From the NCBI GenBank assembly GCA_964291315.2, contig OZ219753.1, positions 288,001-352,000 of the forward strand: a stretch of DNA of 64,000 nt. The letters are read 5' to 3'. The stretch is from Candidatus Poribacteria bacterium. GTDB lineage: Bacteria > Poribacteria > WGA-4E > WGA-3G. Within the stretch, counting starts at the first letter, position 1. The number at the start of each line of letters is the position of its first letter. Position numbers and translations under genes: made by a program. Below the pieces are notes generated by a model that saw nothing but the letters and a program-made list of their open reading frames with translations, made no database searches and was not told the origin of the DNA. Below are positions 38,889-48,317 of this stretch, piece after piece.

Positions 38889-41800
38889 ATGCGAAATATA
38901 GAAAATACCCTTAAAATCCGTATCGAAGAAGATGCGACAAGCACTTTTATTGTTATTGTGCCCACCGATTCTGTGCGTTTGCATCGTCAACGTGAGTTAG
39001 TTGATTATCACCCCAATCAAGCAGTTGCCAATCTACGCGTCTATACACTTGCTAGTTTCATTCAAAGACTATATGACCAGGTCCAACCACCAAGACTGAA
39101 CATTTCCCAAGGAATCCAAAACCTTTGGCTGCATGAAATTGCAAATCCTCCGGCGAACACCCTTGATTCTCACCGCCATGATACGTTCCAGCCCAACCAG
39201 AACATCCCCGTCCCGGATAGCACCATCTCGCTCGTCGCAGATACAATTAACCGTCTTAAGGAGTACGGCGAGGACACATTAAATAGTGGAAACGGTGAGT
39301 CACAGAATCCAACTGAGGATGGTTTTATTCGTATTTATAAGGATTATGAGACTAAACTCAAAGACCGTTGGATCGATGAACAAGGCAAGCGTCTTTACCT
39401 CGCTAATGCTAAAAATTTTGGGTCGCTTATGATCGGCGCGTTTCCAAGAGCTGATCTTGTTGTTGTTGAAGGGTTTACTACGCTTTCTAAAGCCGATACC
39501 AAAATCTTGACTCACGTTGCCGAGATGTCGCAGATAGAGATGTGGTTCCGTACCGACTGGCTTGAAGGAAATGAGGGGCTATATAAAAATATCACCGATC
39601 TCATCTCTCAATTTAAGAACGCAGGTGCCTATATTGATCCAGACTACCAGCGCGAACCTGACCGACATCAACACTATGCCAATAACCTGTTCCGAATGGA
39701 TAATTCTTGCGTAACCCCGATTGAGGCTCCTCACATTCAAGTATTGAAACCGGCTGATCGTTCTGAAGAAGTGATGCAGATTGCTCATCTGATCCAAAAA
39801 CACGTCTCAGATGGGAGCAGCAAGTTAAGTAAGATTTGTGTTGCCTGTTACAATATAGGGTTGTACCAAGACCGGATCGCTGAGATTTTCCCTGCTTATA
39901 GGATTCCTTATTCGCTTGGATCAGGTACTCCGTTAACAAAGTCAGAGGTTGTCAAATCAATCTTTTTATGCATTTCGTCGGATCAGCCTCTACTGAACGA
40001 CATATATTTCCCTGAGGTGAAGCCTGCATCAAACACACGTCAGTTTCACCCAGTAGAGTTTCAAGAATACATTGAGGGCCTGGTGAAAAGCGCGGAAGTT
40101 ATCCAGCGTATCCTAAACCCGATGTTTGGCAGGGACCTTGAAGTCGTTGAAGCTGAGGTCGAGGCATATTGCCAATTCAACAGGATTCTTAGAGAGCTGT
40201 GCAGTGTTTTGATGTCAGAAGGCGTTAGGTCAGATTTCTTGCGTAATTATATTGATAAACTCCGTCGTGTTGCCAAACATACAAGCTATCGAAACACTAC
40301 TAGAAAAAAAGGGGAAACCGTCAGGATCGTCCAACTCAGTGACCTGGGAAGCCAGAAATTTGATATCGTTTTCTTAGGGGACTTTGTAGAAGGCAATTTT
40401 CCTGAAAATTATCGTCCCGACCCGCTGCTTCCAAACCACTCTTATCGAACCGAGGATGTGCATCTATACAACAACAGATTTATGTTCTATGGAGCACTCA
40501 AAGCTTTTCGAAAGCGCTTGTACCTCTTGGCACCACAGCGTGAACGCGAAGCCGAACTAATTCCGTCACCATTTCTCCAACAACTGAGGGCAGTCGCTGA
40601 TGTTAAGACGTTGGAACTCAAGCAGCCTGAACAAGGAAGTGTTCCAGGTTTTCTTAGCGCCTACGGTAGGCATATATGGACAGCAGATACCCCCGCCGAT
40701 ACCCAATTCTCCGATGGATTAAACCACATGCAACCCCTAATAGCACACGTCGTTAACGTCGAAAAAAGCCGCGAGGAAACACATCAGCATTTGGCTTATG
40801 AAGGCGTATTGGCAGAAGGCTCACTTTCTACCGAAAGCCGAGAACGTCTAAAAAAACGGCAACACGATAAATATTCTATCACAGATTTGGAAACTTACGC
40901 CAAGTGCCCGTTTCAGTACTTTACTCGTACAGTGTTGAATCTTCATATAGAAGATGACGAGGAAGGAGATGAATTATCCAGTATTGAAAAAGGACTGCTA
41001 CTTCACAAGGTCCTTTTTATATTCTACAACAACCTTCGCCATCAAGAAGCTCTACCCCTTCCACAATATGCGGAGGATGAGTTTGAAAAAGCGAAGCTGC
41101 AATTATATGAAGTTCTATTGAGCATCTCTGGAGAAGAAAAAGATCATAAAAGGCTGACTGAAAATCCTATAGGCGAGGATAACCTTTTTTGGCTGACAGA
41201 TATAGCCAAACTGCAGGTCGCCCTGCGCAAATGGATTGAAGCGGAACGGGCCTGTGAGTTGCCGCTTACCCCAAGTTACTTTGAAGTCAACTTCGGGCAG
41301 TCAGGCGATCCAAAAGACTCGCTAATCAGTCAAGTCGAACCCATTCGAATCGGCAATGTAGGCATGCGGGGCAAAATTGACCGAATTGATGCCAACAACC
41401 GCACCTTTAATGTTATTGACTATAAAACTGGGCGCTCCACGATTAGAATGTCAGAAATTCTTAACGGGCGAAGCCTTCAACTCCCCATTTACCTTCAAGC
41501 AGCCGAAAAGCTGCTAAAAAAACTGAACAAAACTGAACTAAAACCAGCAGCCGGCCTGTATCATAAAATTAGATTAGACCAATGCGCCGTCGAACTTGGT
41601 ATCGGTAAGAAGTCCTTGAACGAAGTCGCCTTTGAAGGATACAAAAATAAAGAATGGAAAAAAATTCGTTCTAACAACGGGCAGTTGTTAGAAGACCTCT
41701 CCTTCGCCCAAATACTGGAACGCGTCAAAGGCTACGTCCAACAATATGTTAATAATATTTCCGAAGGCAACTTTCCACTCATCACCCGCGTGAAAACCTT

Positions 41801-41978
41801 TCCACCACCTGAGGAAGGCGGCAGCGTAGACATTGATGAATACGGGTTCGTTGATTCTGAAGAACACGGCGATAAACCGTTGACCCCACACAACAAAACA
41901 CAACCCTGTAATTATTGTAACTACAAGCGGATTTGCCGCGTCGGGGCAATATCTGAAAGCAATCAATTAAACGATTAA
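38889..41978 (+). CDS. AddB/RexB-like PD-(D/E)XK nuclease
   Basis: YSITDLETYAKCPF, GLLLHKVL, RGKIDRID, IDYKTG, LQLPIY, CNYCNYKRIC (Fe-S cysteines). Confidence 0.85.
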   Translation: MRNIENTLKIRIEEDATSTFIVIVPTDSVRLHRQRELVDYHPNQAVANLRVYTLASFIQRLYDQVQPPRLNISQGIQNLWLHEIANPPANTLDSHRHDTFQPNQNIPVPDSTISLVADTINRLKEYGEDTLNSGNGESQNPTEDGFIRIYKDYETKLKDRWIDEQGKRLYLANAKNFGSLMIGAFPRADLVVVEGFTTLSKADTKILTHVAEMSQIEMWFRTDWLEGNEGLYKNITDLISQFKNAGAYIDPDYQREPDRHQHYANNLFRMDNSCVTPIEAPHIQVLKPADRSEEVMQIAHLIQKHVSDGSSKLSKICVACYNIGLYQDRIAEIFPAYRIPYSLGSGTPLTKSEVVKSIFLCISSDQPLLNDIYFPEVKPASNTRQFHPVEFQEYIEGLVKSAEVIQRILNPMFGRDLEVVEAEVEAYCQFNRILRELCSVLMSEGVRSDFLRNYIDKLRRVAKHTSYRNTTRKKGETVRIVQLSDLGSQKFDIVFLGDFVEGNFPENYRPDPLLPNHSYRTEDVHLYNNRFMFYGALKAFRKRLYLLAPQREREAELIPSPFLQQLRAVADVKTLELKQPEQGSVPGFLSAYGRHIWTADTPADTQFSDGLNHMQPLIAHVVNVEKSREETHQHLAYEGVLAEGSLSTESRERLKKRQHDKYSITDLETYAKCPFQYFTRTVLNLHIEDDEEGDELSSIEKGLLLHKVLFIFYNNLRHQEALPLPQYAEDEFEKAKLQLYEVLLSISGEEKDHKRLTENPIGEDNLFWLTDIAKLQVALRKWIEAERACELPLTPSYFEVNFGQSGDPKDSLISQVEPIRIGNVGMRGKIDRIDANNRTFNVIDYKTGRSTIRMSEILNGRSLQLPIYLQAAEKLLKKLNKTELKPAAGLYHKIRLDQCAVELGIGKKSLNEVAFEGYKNKEWKKIRSNNGQLLEDLSFAQILERVKGYVQQYVNNISEGNFPLITRVKTFPPPEEGGSVDIDEYGFVDSEEHGDKPLTPHNKTQPCNYCNYKRICRVGAISESNQLND

Positions 41979-42030
41979 CTTCCTGCTATTCACTCCCGAC
42001 TAGTAAGTGTGACATCATTTTCATTTTAAC

Positions 42031-42059
42031 TTGACAAACTCGATATTTTATTATATACT
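42031..42059 (+). promoter_or_regulatory. Sigma70 promoter for the leader ORF and FGE-repeat gene
   Basis: TTGACA 42031-42036, 17 nt, TATACT 42054-42059. Confidence 0.7.
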
Positions 42060-42109
42060 ATTAATCAATACTATTAATAAAGTATGAAAATGAGGGAAGG
42101 AAGTAATCC

Positions 42110-42244
42110 ATGAAAGTTTTAGACACTTATACTTCTGTTGGGATGTCGAGAGGATTTAGCGGAACTTACCTACCGCGTTGCCCTGCGTATCGGCTAAGTC
42201 CTGTTGTCGGGTTATTTTTTAATAAGCATCACCCCCCCCTTTAA
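42110..42244 (+). CDS. 44-aa leader ORF ending just after a C8 tract
   Basis: GAGGGAAGGA upstream; MKVLDTYTSVGMSRGFSGTYLPRCPAYRLSPVVGLFFNKHHPPL*; C8 at 42232-42239. Confidence 0.55.
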   Translation: MKVLDTYTSVGMSRGFSGTYLPRCPAYRLSPVVGLFFNKHHPPL

Positions 42245-42306
42245 CTTCACAAACAATAAGTAATAAACATACGTCTGTGTATCTTCACAGAGAAAGGAAG
42301 AGTAAA

Positions 42307-45300
42307 ATGAAACGGACTGTGTTGGCTCTGTCTACACTCGCCGCATTCCTGTTTGCGAGCGTCTCGTTCGCAGCGGCAGAATGGCAGACGAACCTTGTAA
42401 CAAATAAGACACAAGAAGAAATATATGTAATCAGTGCCACGTGGAAGGCGGCGGATACCAAGAAAGGCATCCCCGCAGGTTTCTGGACGCGTGGCTCCTA
42501 TCGTATCAAGCCCGGGAAAGCCAAAGTATTTTATTCGTGGTCAACGAACAACATTTATTTTCGTATTTCAAACGCTGCGGGTGCGCTAAAATCGAATAGG
42601 AACGCGACGACGTTCCCGTTTTGGGTGCATCCGGATCGCTCTTTCCGTGTTGTCTCGGAGAGCGTTGATTCGTCAGTGACGTTGGATCAACTGCTGTATT
42701 CGGATCGCTCGGGCAATCAGTTGGTGCACTCGGATGGGTTTACAAGCTATTTGGGTGGCAGTTCCGTGGTAGTGACATCTGATTGGGTATCGCTGGATGC
42801 GGTTCCGACGGCTCCAGCTAATGATGAGCTGGGCGATGGAGAGAGTGGAAACGCTGGTGAGACCGATGCTGTTCCTGAATGGATAGCGAGCTCGATAACA
42901 AATGCGACGGAAGCAGACCTGTATGTGGTCTCCTCCACGTGGAAGCTGGAGAAATCGAAGAAGGGGTGGCCTGAAGGGTTTCGGACGCGCGGGACGTATC
43001 GTATCAAGCCTGGTAAGTCGAGAAAGTTTTATTCGTGGTCAGATAACGCTATCTATTTTCGTATTTCAAACGCTGCGGGAGCGCTAAAATCGGAGGTGAG
43101 CACGGAGACGTTTGGGTTCTGGTTGCATCCGCGTCGTTCGTTTCGTTTGGTGTCGGATGCGATAGGTGCGGCAGTAGAGCAGTCGGATTTGATCTACTCG
43201 AATCGTTCGGTGTCGAATTTAGAGCGTTCGGATGGTTTCATGACATATGAGAGCGGTTCTGAAGTGGTAGTGACATCTGATTGGGTGTCAGTATCTGCTG
43301 TAGATGCTGTGAATGCTGGAGAGGATGGCACTCCAACGTCTCTCGAAACGCCAGCGGCTCCTGCGGGCATGGTATTAATCCCTGCTGGCACCTTCCAGAT
43401 GGGCAGTCCCGGCAACATGGGCGATATGAATGAACGCCCTATGCACACAGTGTCCTTAGATGGGTTTTATATGGATGCACACGAAGTGACAAACGCAGAA
43501 TATGCTGCGTTCCTCAATGCTATCGGCAAACACGCAGATGCTGGCCATACCTATATGGCTATCGGTACCAGTTATGACAACTATGGATGCATTGCGTTAG
43601 TAGATGGCTCGTATCGTGTGAAGTCGGGGTATGAGAATTATCCTGTCAGTTATGTGACTTGGTATGGTGCGATGGCATATGCTGTTTGGGCGGGCAAGCG
43701 TTTGCCGACCGAGGCGGAGTGGGAATATGCTGCGCGCGGCGGGTTATCTGGCAAGCTATACCCCTGGGGCGACACGATTGATAGCACGCAGGCGAACTAC
43801 AACTATGATGGAAGACGCATCAATAATGTCGGTAGTCTGACAGCCGTTGGCAGTTATGCGGCGAATGGTTATGGTCTGTATGATATGGCGGGTAATGTCT
43901 GGGAGTGGTGTCTGGATGAGTATGATATTGGGTTCTATGCGGAATCTGCTGCCCGGAACCCGTTGTCGGGTGGGTCTAGTATTCAGGGGCTAGTAGCTAA
44001 CTATACAGAAACTAGTTCTGATGAGTTCAACGTCTTGCGTGGCGGCTCTTTGATCAATACACGTCTGGGCGTGCGGGTCGCGACGCGCGGCTTCAGTAGG
44101 GTATCGGACCCTTACTTCTACAATGGTTTCCGTTGTGTGCGTTCTGTCTCTACGGTTCCTGCGAATACTGAGACTCCGACGCCTCCACCGCCTCCGAAAC
44201 CTGCAACGCCGCCGAAAACCTCTGGCGTTCCTGCGGGCATGGCGCTGATCCCCGCCGGTACCTTCCAGATGGGCAGCACCACCGGCGATGCGGATGAAAG
44301 CCCGGTTCACGCTGTGTCTTTAGATGCATTTTACATGGATACCCACGAAGTGACAAACGCAGAATATGCGGCATTCCTCAATGCGAAGGGCAAACACGCT
44401 GAGGCAGGCAAGAATTGGGTGAATCTCGCAGATACTCTCATAGGCATCGCGTTAGTAGACGGCGCGTATCGTGCGAAGTCGGGGTATGCGAATCTTCCTG
44501 TCGTTAAGGTCTCTTGGTATGGTGCGATGGCTTATGCTGCGTGGGCGGGCAAACGGTTACCAAGCGAGGCGGAGTGGGAATACGCTGCACGCGGTGGGCT
44601 AGCAGGCAAGCAATATCCGTGGGGCGACACTATAGACGCAACCCAGGCGAACTATGGTAGGAACACTGGCGGTCTGACAGCCGTTGGCAGTTATGCTGCG
44701 AACGGATATGGTCTGTATGACATGACTGGGAATGTATTTGAGTGGTGTCTGGATGGCTATAACGAGGGTTTCTATGCGATTTCGCCTGTGCATAACCCTT
44801 TGACGGGTGCTGATAGTGAGACGATAGATGCATATGTGGACGTCAGCTCTGCTCGTGTGTTGCGCGGCGGCTCGTATCTGTATTCGGCGCAGCTTGCCCG
44901 TGTATCGAATCGTGACTATAGTTTCCCGATGAGTATGGGCAATGATCTCGGTTTCCGTTGTGTGCGTTCTGTGTCTACGCCCTCTGCAAATGCTGAGATA
45001 CCGACGCCGCTGAAACCTGCAACGCCGCCGAAAACCTCCGTTGTTCCTGCGGGCATGGCGCTGATTCCTGCTGGCACCTTCCAGATGGGCAGCACCACCG
45101 GCCGTCTAGATGAACGCCCGATTCACACAGTGTCTTTAGATGCGTTTTATATGGACACACATGAAGTGACAAACGCAGAATATGCGGCGTTCCTCAATGC
45201 GAAGGGCAAACACACCGATGCTGGCCAGACCTATTTGGATATCGGGAGCAATGGTGTGCGCATTGCGTTAGTAGATGGCTCGTATCGTGTGAAGTCGGGG

Positions 45301-45810
45301 TATGAGAATCACCCTGTTGTTCAGGTCTTTTGGTATGGTGCGATGGCGTATGCGGAGTGGGCAGGTAAGCGGCTCCCCACCGAGGCGGAGTGGGAGTATG
45401 CTGCGCGCGGTGGGCTCTCCGGTAAGAAATATCCGTGGGGCGACACGATAGACAGCACGCGTGCGAACTACACTTGGAATGTTAGAAGCACAACAAAGGT
45501 AGGAATCTATGCGGCGAACGGTTATGGTCTGTATGATATGGCGGGGAATGTCCAGGAGTGGTGTCTGGATGTGTATGATCCGGACTTCTATGCGAAATCT
45601 GCAGCTCAGAACCCGTTGTCGGGTGCGTCCAGTATTCAGTGGTTGTTAGATAACTATACAACAGAAACTGGGGATTCTGCCCGCGTCTTGCGTGGCGGCG
45701 ACTGGCTCAGTCCAGCGGAGTGGGTGCGGGTCGCCTTGCGCACCTACATTAGGGCACCGTTCACTGACAACATCGTCGGTTTCCGTTGTGTGAAGCCTGT
45801 TTCTCCTTGA
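42307..45810 (+). CDS. Secreted protein: 2 copies of an unknown ~140-aa domain + 3 FGE-sulfatase (C-type lectin fold) domains; candidate DGR target
   Basis: Signal peptide MKRTVLALSTLAAFLFASVSFA; three units IPAGTFQMGS...EVTNAEY...RLP(T/S)EAEWEYAARGG...YGLYDMxGNVxEW...VLRGG...GFRCV; Pro/Thr-rich linkers. Confidence 0.92.
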   Translation: MKRTVLALSTLAAFLFASVSFAAAEWQTNLVTNKTQEEIYVISATWKAADTKKGIPAGFWTRGSYRIKPGKAKVFYSWSTNNIYFRISNAAGALKSNRNATTFPFWVHPDRSFRVVSESVDSSVTLDQLLYSDRSGNQLVHSDGFTSYLGGSSVVVTSDWVSLDAVPTAPANDELGDGESGNAGETDAVPEWIASSITNATEADLYVVSSTWKLEKSKKGWPEGFRTRGTYRIKPGKSRKFYSWSDNAIYFRISNAAGALKSEVSTETFGFWLHPRRSFRLVSDAIGAAVEQSDLIYSNRSVSNLERSDGFMTYESGSEVVVTSDWVSVSAVDAVNAGEDGTPTSLETPAAPAGMVLIPAGTFQMGSPGNMGDMNERPMHTVSLDGFYMDAHEVTNAEYAAFLNAIGKHADAGHTYMAIGTSYDNYGCIALVDGSYRVKSGYENYPVSYVTWYGAMAYAVWAGKRLPTEAEWEYAARGGLSGKLYPWGDTIDSTQANYNYDGRRINNVGSLTAVGSYAANGYGLYDMAGNVWEWCLDEYDIGFYAESAARNPLSGGSSIQGLVANYTETSSDEFNVLRGGSLINTRLGVRVATRGFSRVSDPYFYNGFRCVRSVSTVPANTETPTPPPPPKPATPPKTSGVPAGMALIPAGTFQMGSTTGDADESPVHAVSLDAFYMDTHEVTNAEYAAFLNAKGKHAEAGKNWVNLADTLIGIALVDGAYRAKSGYANLPVVKVSWYGAMAYAAWAGKRLPSEAEWEYAARGGLAGKQYPWGDTIDATQANYGRNTGGLTAVGSYAANGYGLYDMTGNVFEWCLDGYNEGFYAISPVHNPLTGADSETIDAYVDVSSARVLRGGSYLYSAQLARVSNRDYSFPMSMGNDLGFRCVRSVSTPSANAEIPTPLKPATPPKTSVVPAGMALIPAGTFQMGSTTGRLDERPIHTVSLDAFYMDTHEVTNAEYAAFLNAKGKHTDAGQTYLDIGSNGVRIALVDGSYRVKSGYENHPVVQVFWYGAMAYAEWAGKRLPTEAEWEYAARGGLSGKKYPWGDTIDSTRANYTWNVRSTTKVGIYAANGYGLYDMAGNVQEWCLDVYDPDFYAKSAAQNPLSGASSIQWLLDNYTTETGDSARVLRGGDWLSPAEWVRVALRTYIRAPFTDNIVGFRCVKPVSP
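43354..45792 (+). repeat. Three direct repeats of ~0.8 kb (FGE/CLec domain units)
   Basis: Near-identical DNA blocks such as gaagtgacaaacgcagaatatgc and ggtttccgttgtgtg occur three times. Confidence 0.92.
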
Positions 45811-45875
45811 AACTTTATTGCCGAATGCGTTTTATCTTGAGATAAATCGCTGAAAGGCGTTGAAGATACAAATTA

Positions 45876-45924
45876 GGGCGTGATAGCGGTTAGGCTTTTG
45901 CTGACAGCTTTCACGCCCATTTTT
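45876..45924 (+). terminator. Probable intrinsic terminator after the FGE-repeat gene
   Basis: GGGCGTGA...TCACGCCC stem followed by ATTTTT. Confidence 0.65.
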
Positions 45925-46352
45925 ATTTATTGCTGACTCGTTCTCTGTAGGGCAGAAACGTTGATTTCCGACGATCTCATAGATGCGAAGTGTGCTATAA
46001 TAGGCATCTAGGCGAAAAGACTGAATGCGTATGCATGCCTATCAAAAAAACTTGCACACTTCCAGGAAATCTGCTATACTTTCTTATATCTGAAGCATGT
46101 TGTTCGCACACTCTTAGCGCCCAACTTGCAAGCACATCTAAAATAACGTGAGTTTGAAAAAGATTGAGCAGACTCTTTTGTCGCAGAACGTGTTCGCTTC
46201 CTCTGCAAGAGACTTGTAGCATAGACTGTCAGTCTGTGCCTCTGCAACATGTGCAGCAAAAACGGTTTGGTTTTGCGAGGCCCTCTTTGTCCTAAAGATG
46301 AACTCAATAATTATCAAGCTCGCGTTAAAATAACAGAGGAGATTACTTTTAA

Positions 46353-46958
46353 ATGGCACACACATTACCCGCGCTCCCTTATGCTCATGATGCCCTGGAG
46401 CCTTATATCGACGCACAAACAATGGAAATCCATCACGGCAAGCACCATCAGGCTTATATCAATAACTTGAATGCCGCGTTGGAAGGACTCGGAGCGGTTG
46501 CTGATATGGATGTTAACGAGTTGCTCGCTAACCTCGATCAGGTACCCGAAGATAAACGGCAGGCCGTCATCAACAACGGCGGCGGACACGCCAATCATTC
46601 GCTCTTTTGGTCCATTATGACCCCTAACGGCGGTGAACCCGGCGGAGAAATCTCAGCTGCAATCACCTCAGCTTTCGGATCAATGGAAGCCGCAAAAGAA
46701 CAATTTGTTACCGCAGCAACCACACGTTTCGGTTCCGGATGGGCATGGCTCGCCCTCGCTGAAAACGGCTTAACTATCTACTCCACGGCGAATCAGGACA
46801 GTCCTATCATGCAAGGACACATACCGTTGCTGGGCATCGATGTCTGGGAACACGCGTACTATCTGAATTATCAAAACCGACGTCCCGATTATATTGAGGC
46901 ATGGATAAACGTTATTAACTGGACACGAGTTAATGAACTCTATGTGGCAAACGCCTAG
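46353..46958 (+). CDS. sodA: Fe/Mn superoxide dismutase (Mn-type features)
   Basis: [31 protein letters not shown]. Confidence 0.95.
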   Translation: MAHTLPALPYAHDALEPYIDAQTMEIHHGKHHQAYINNLNAALEGLGAVADMDVNELLANLDQVPEDKRQAVINNGGGHANHSLFWSIMTPNGGEPGGEISAAITSAFGSMEAAKEQFVTAATTRFGSGWAWLALAENGLTIYSTANQDSPIMQGHIPLLGIDVWEHAYYLNYQNRRPDYIEAWINVINWTRVNELYVANA

Positions 46959-46984
46959 TTGGTGTAGCCGATTTCGTTTTTCAG

Positions 46985-47021
46985 TCGTGGTAGGAGTGAA
47001 GATCTTTCACCCCTACTACGA
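46985..47021. terminator. Hairpin after sod (terminator or REP-like)
   Basis: TCGTGGTAGG-AGTGAA...TTCAC-CCCTACTACGA inverted repeat. Confidence 0.45.
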
Positions 47022-47166
47022 ACTAACTCAATCTGTTATGATATCCAAGGAGAACGCCTCTCGAAATAAGTTTAATCGGATACATTAGGAGACTACAGTC
47101 GTTCTCCACTACACAGATATCTTCATTTTTTAAATTACGATCACGTAAAATAAGGAGATCTCAACA

Positions 47167-47958
47167 ATGATACGGCTATTTTCTTGCATCGCGCTTATCT
47201 GTTTGACCTTCACTGTTCATGCACTTGCACAAGACGTTGCTGTCTTTTATGACGAAGCCGTCGAAAATGGAGGCGGCCTAGCTGTACCGAACCCGCAACA
47301 ATTGGCAGAAATGATGGTTGAAGAACTTGAGGCGAAAAAAATTACCGCCGAAATTGTTGATAGCGACGGGTTGGTAGAATATATGGAGGCCAACCCGAAA
47401 GGTATCTATATCATTACGCAAGGGAATACACCCGGTACAATATTTAAGCAAGATGGAAAGAAGGACCTCGTTTATACATGGTTAAGAGATGGAGGTATCG
47501 GTGGATTCATTGGCGATTATCCTTTCTACTATTATTGGGATAAAGGCGCACGTGTTACGGCTGCCGGCGCAGGACAACAGAGCGTCTTCGGCGCCACTGT
47601 TACAAATGCTACAGTCACCGCTGTTACACCCACTGACCTCGGCAAAGAGTATATCCCTTCTCTCAAAAAATGGAATTCAAATCGACCCTCGGGACTCGCT
47701 GTTTTGGAGGCAAACGACTTCGAATATGAAAGCTACGCCGACGACGGAACCAATGCCGACCCGATTGCATACCGCACAGAAGACATGGAGGGGTGGTTTA
47801 TCAACTTCCATACCTCATGTTGCGGCACAGCTATACCGCCCAATGACCAAATCGCCACGGAATACGCTGAACTCATTTCAAACCGATTTGCAACGGCACA
47901 AGCTGTCGACCCAACCGGGAAAATTAGCGTCGTATGGGGTAAACTGAAAACCCGGTGA
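47167..47958 (+). CDS. Secreted hypothetical protein with conserved C-terminal motif
   Basis: Signal peptide ending ALA; C-terminus AVDPTGKISVVWGKLKTR; TAAGGAG RBS. Confidence 0.85.
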   Translation: MIRLFSCIALICLTFTVHALAQDVAVFYDEAVENGGGLAVPNPQQLAEMMVEELEAKKITAEIVDSDGLVEYMEANPKGIYIITQGNTPGTIFKQDGKKDLVYTWLRDGGIGGFIGDYPFYYYWDKGARVTAAGAGQQSVFGATVTNATVTAVTPTDLGKEYIPSLKKWNSNRPSGLAVLEANDFEYESYADDGTNADPIAYRTEDMEGWFINFHTSCCGTAIPPNDQIATEYAELISNRFATAQAVDPTGKISVVWGKLKTR

Positions 47959-48027
47959 TAGCTTCTACGCTGTCCATACTCTCAACCTTTATGTGGAGGT
48001 TATAGCACATTTCGCTCTCAGTTTTAT

Positions 48028-48063
48028 TTATGTAAGTCCTAAAAATTTTTAGGGCTTACATAA
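48028..48063. repeat. 36-bp near-perfect palindrome (REP/MITE-like)
   Basis: TTATGTAAGTCCTAAAAA-TTTTTAGGGCTTACATAA, one mismatch. Confidence 0.7.
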
Positions 48064-48227
48064 TTTTGATAGAAATAGAAGGCTCTGGATCTAATCAGAG
48101 AGCAAACTCTGTTTGAGTTCATGTACTCCTAAATCTCGTCATATCCACACCTGCTCCCGCTTTCATCGAAAATATCTATAGGGCGAAGCCCCTGTTTCCC
48201 AAATTTATAGTCAACCTCAATTTCTGT

Positions 48228-48256
48228 TTGACATTTTCCTTTAAATGTGTTATAAT
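48228..48256 (+). promoter_or_regulatory. Consensus sigma70 promoter of the T-box/ilv operon
   Basis: TTGACA-17 nt-TATAAT with TG extension. Confidence 0.8.
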
Positions 48257-48317
48257 TAAAATGTATAGTATAAAGATAACTCTTTTTACATAATCAAACA
48301 ATAGATAGATTAACCCA

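Noticed and set aside
42239-42244. CTT-TAA resembles the prfB +1 frameshift site
   Set aside because: A +1 shift enters a frame that stops at 42261 and does not reach the main gene; no internal Shine-Dalgarno at prfB spacing.
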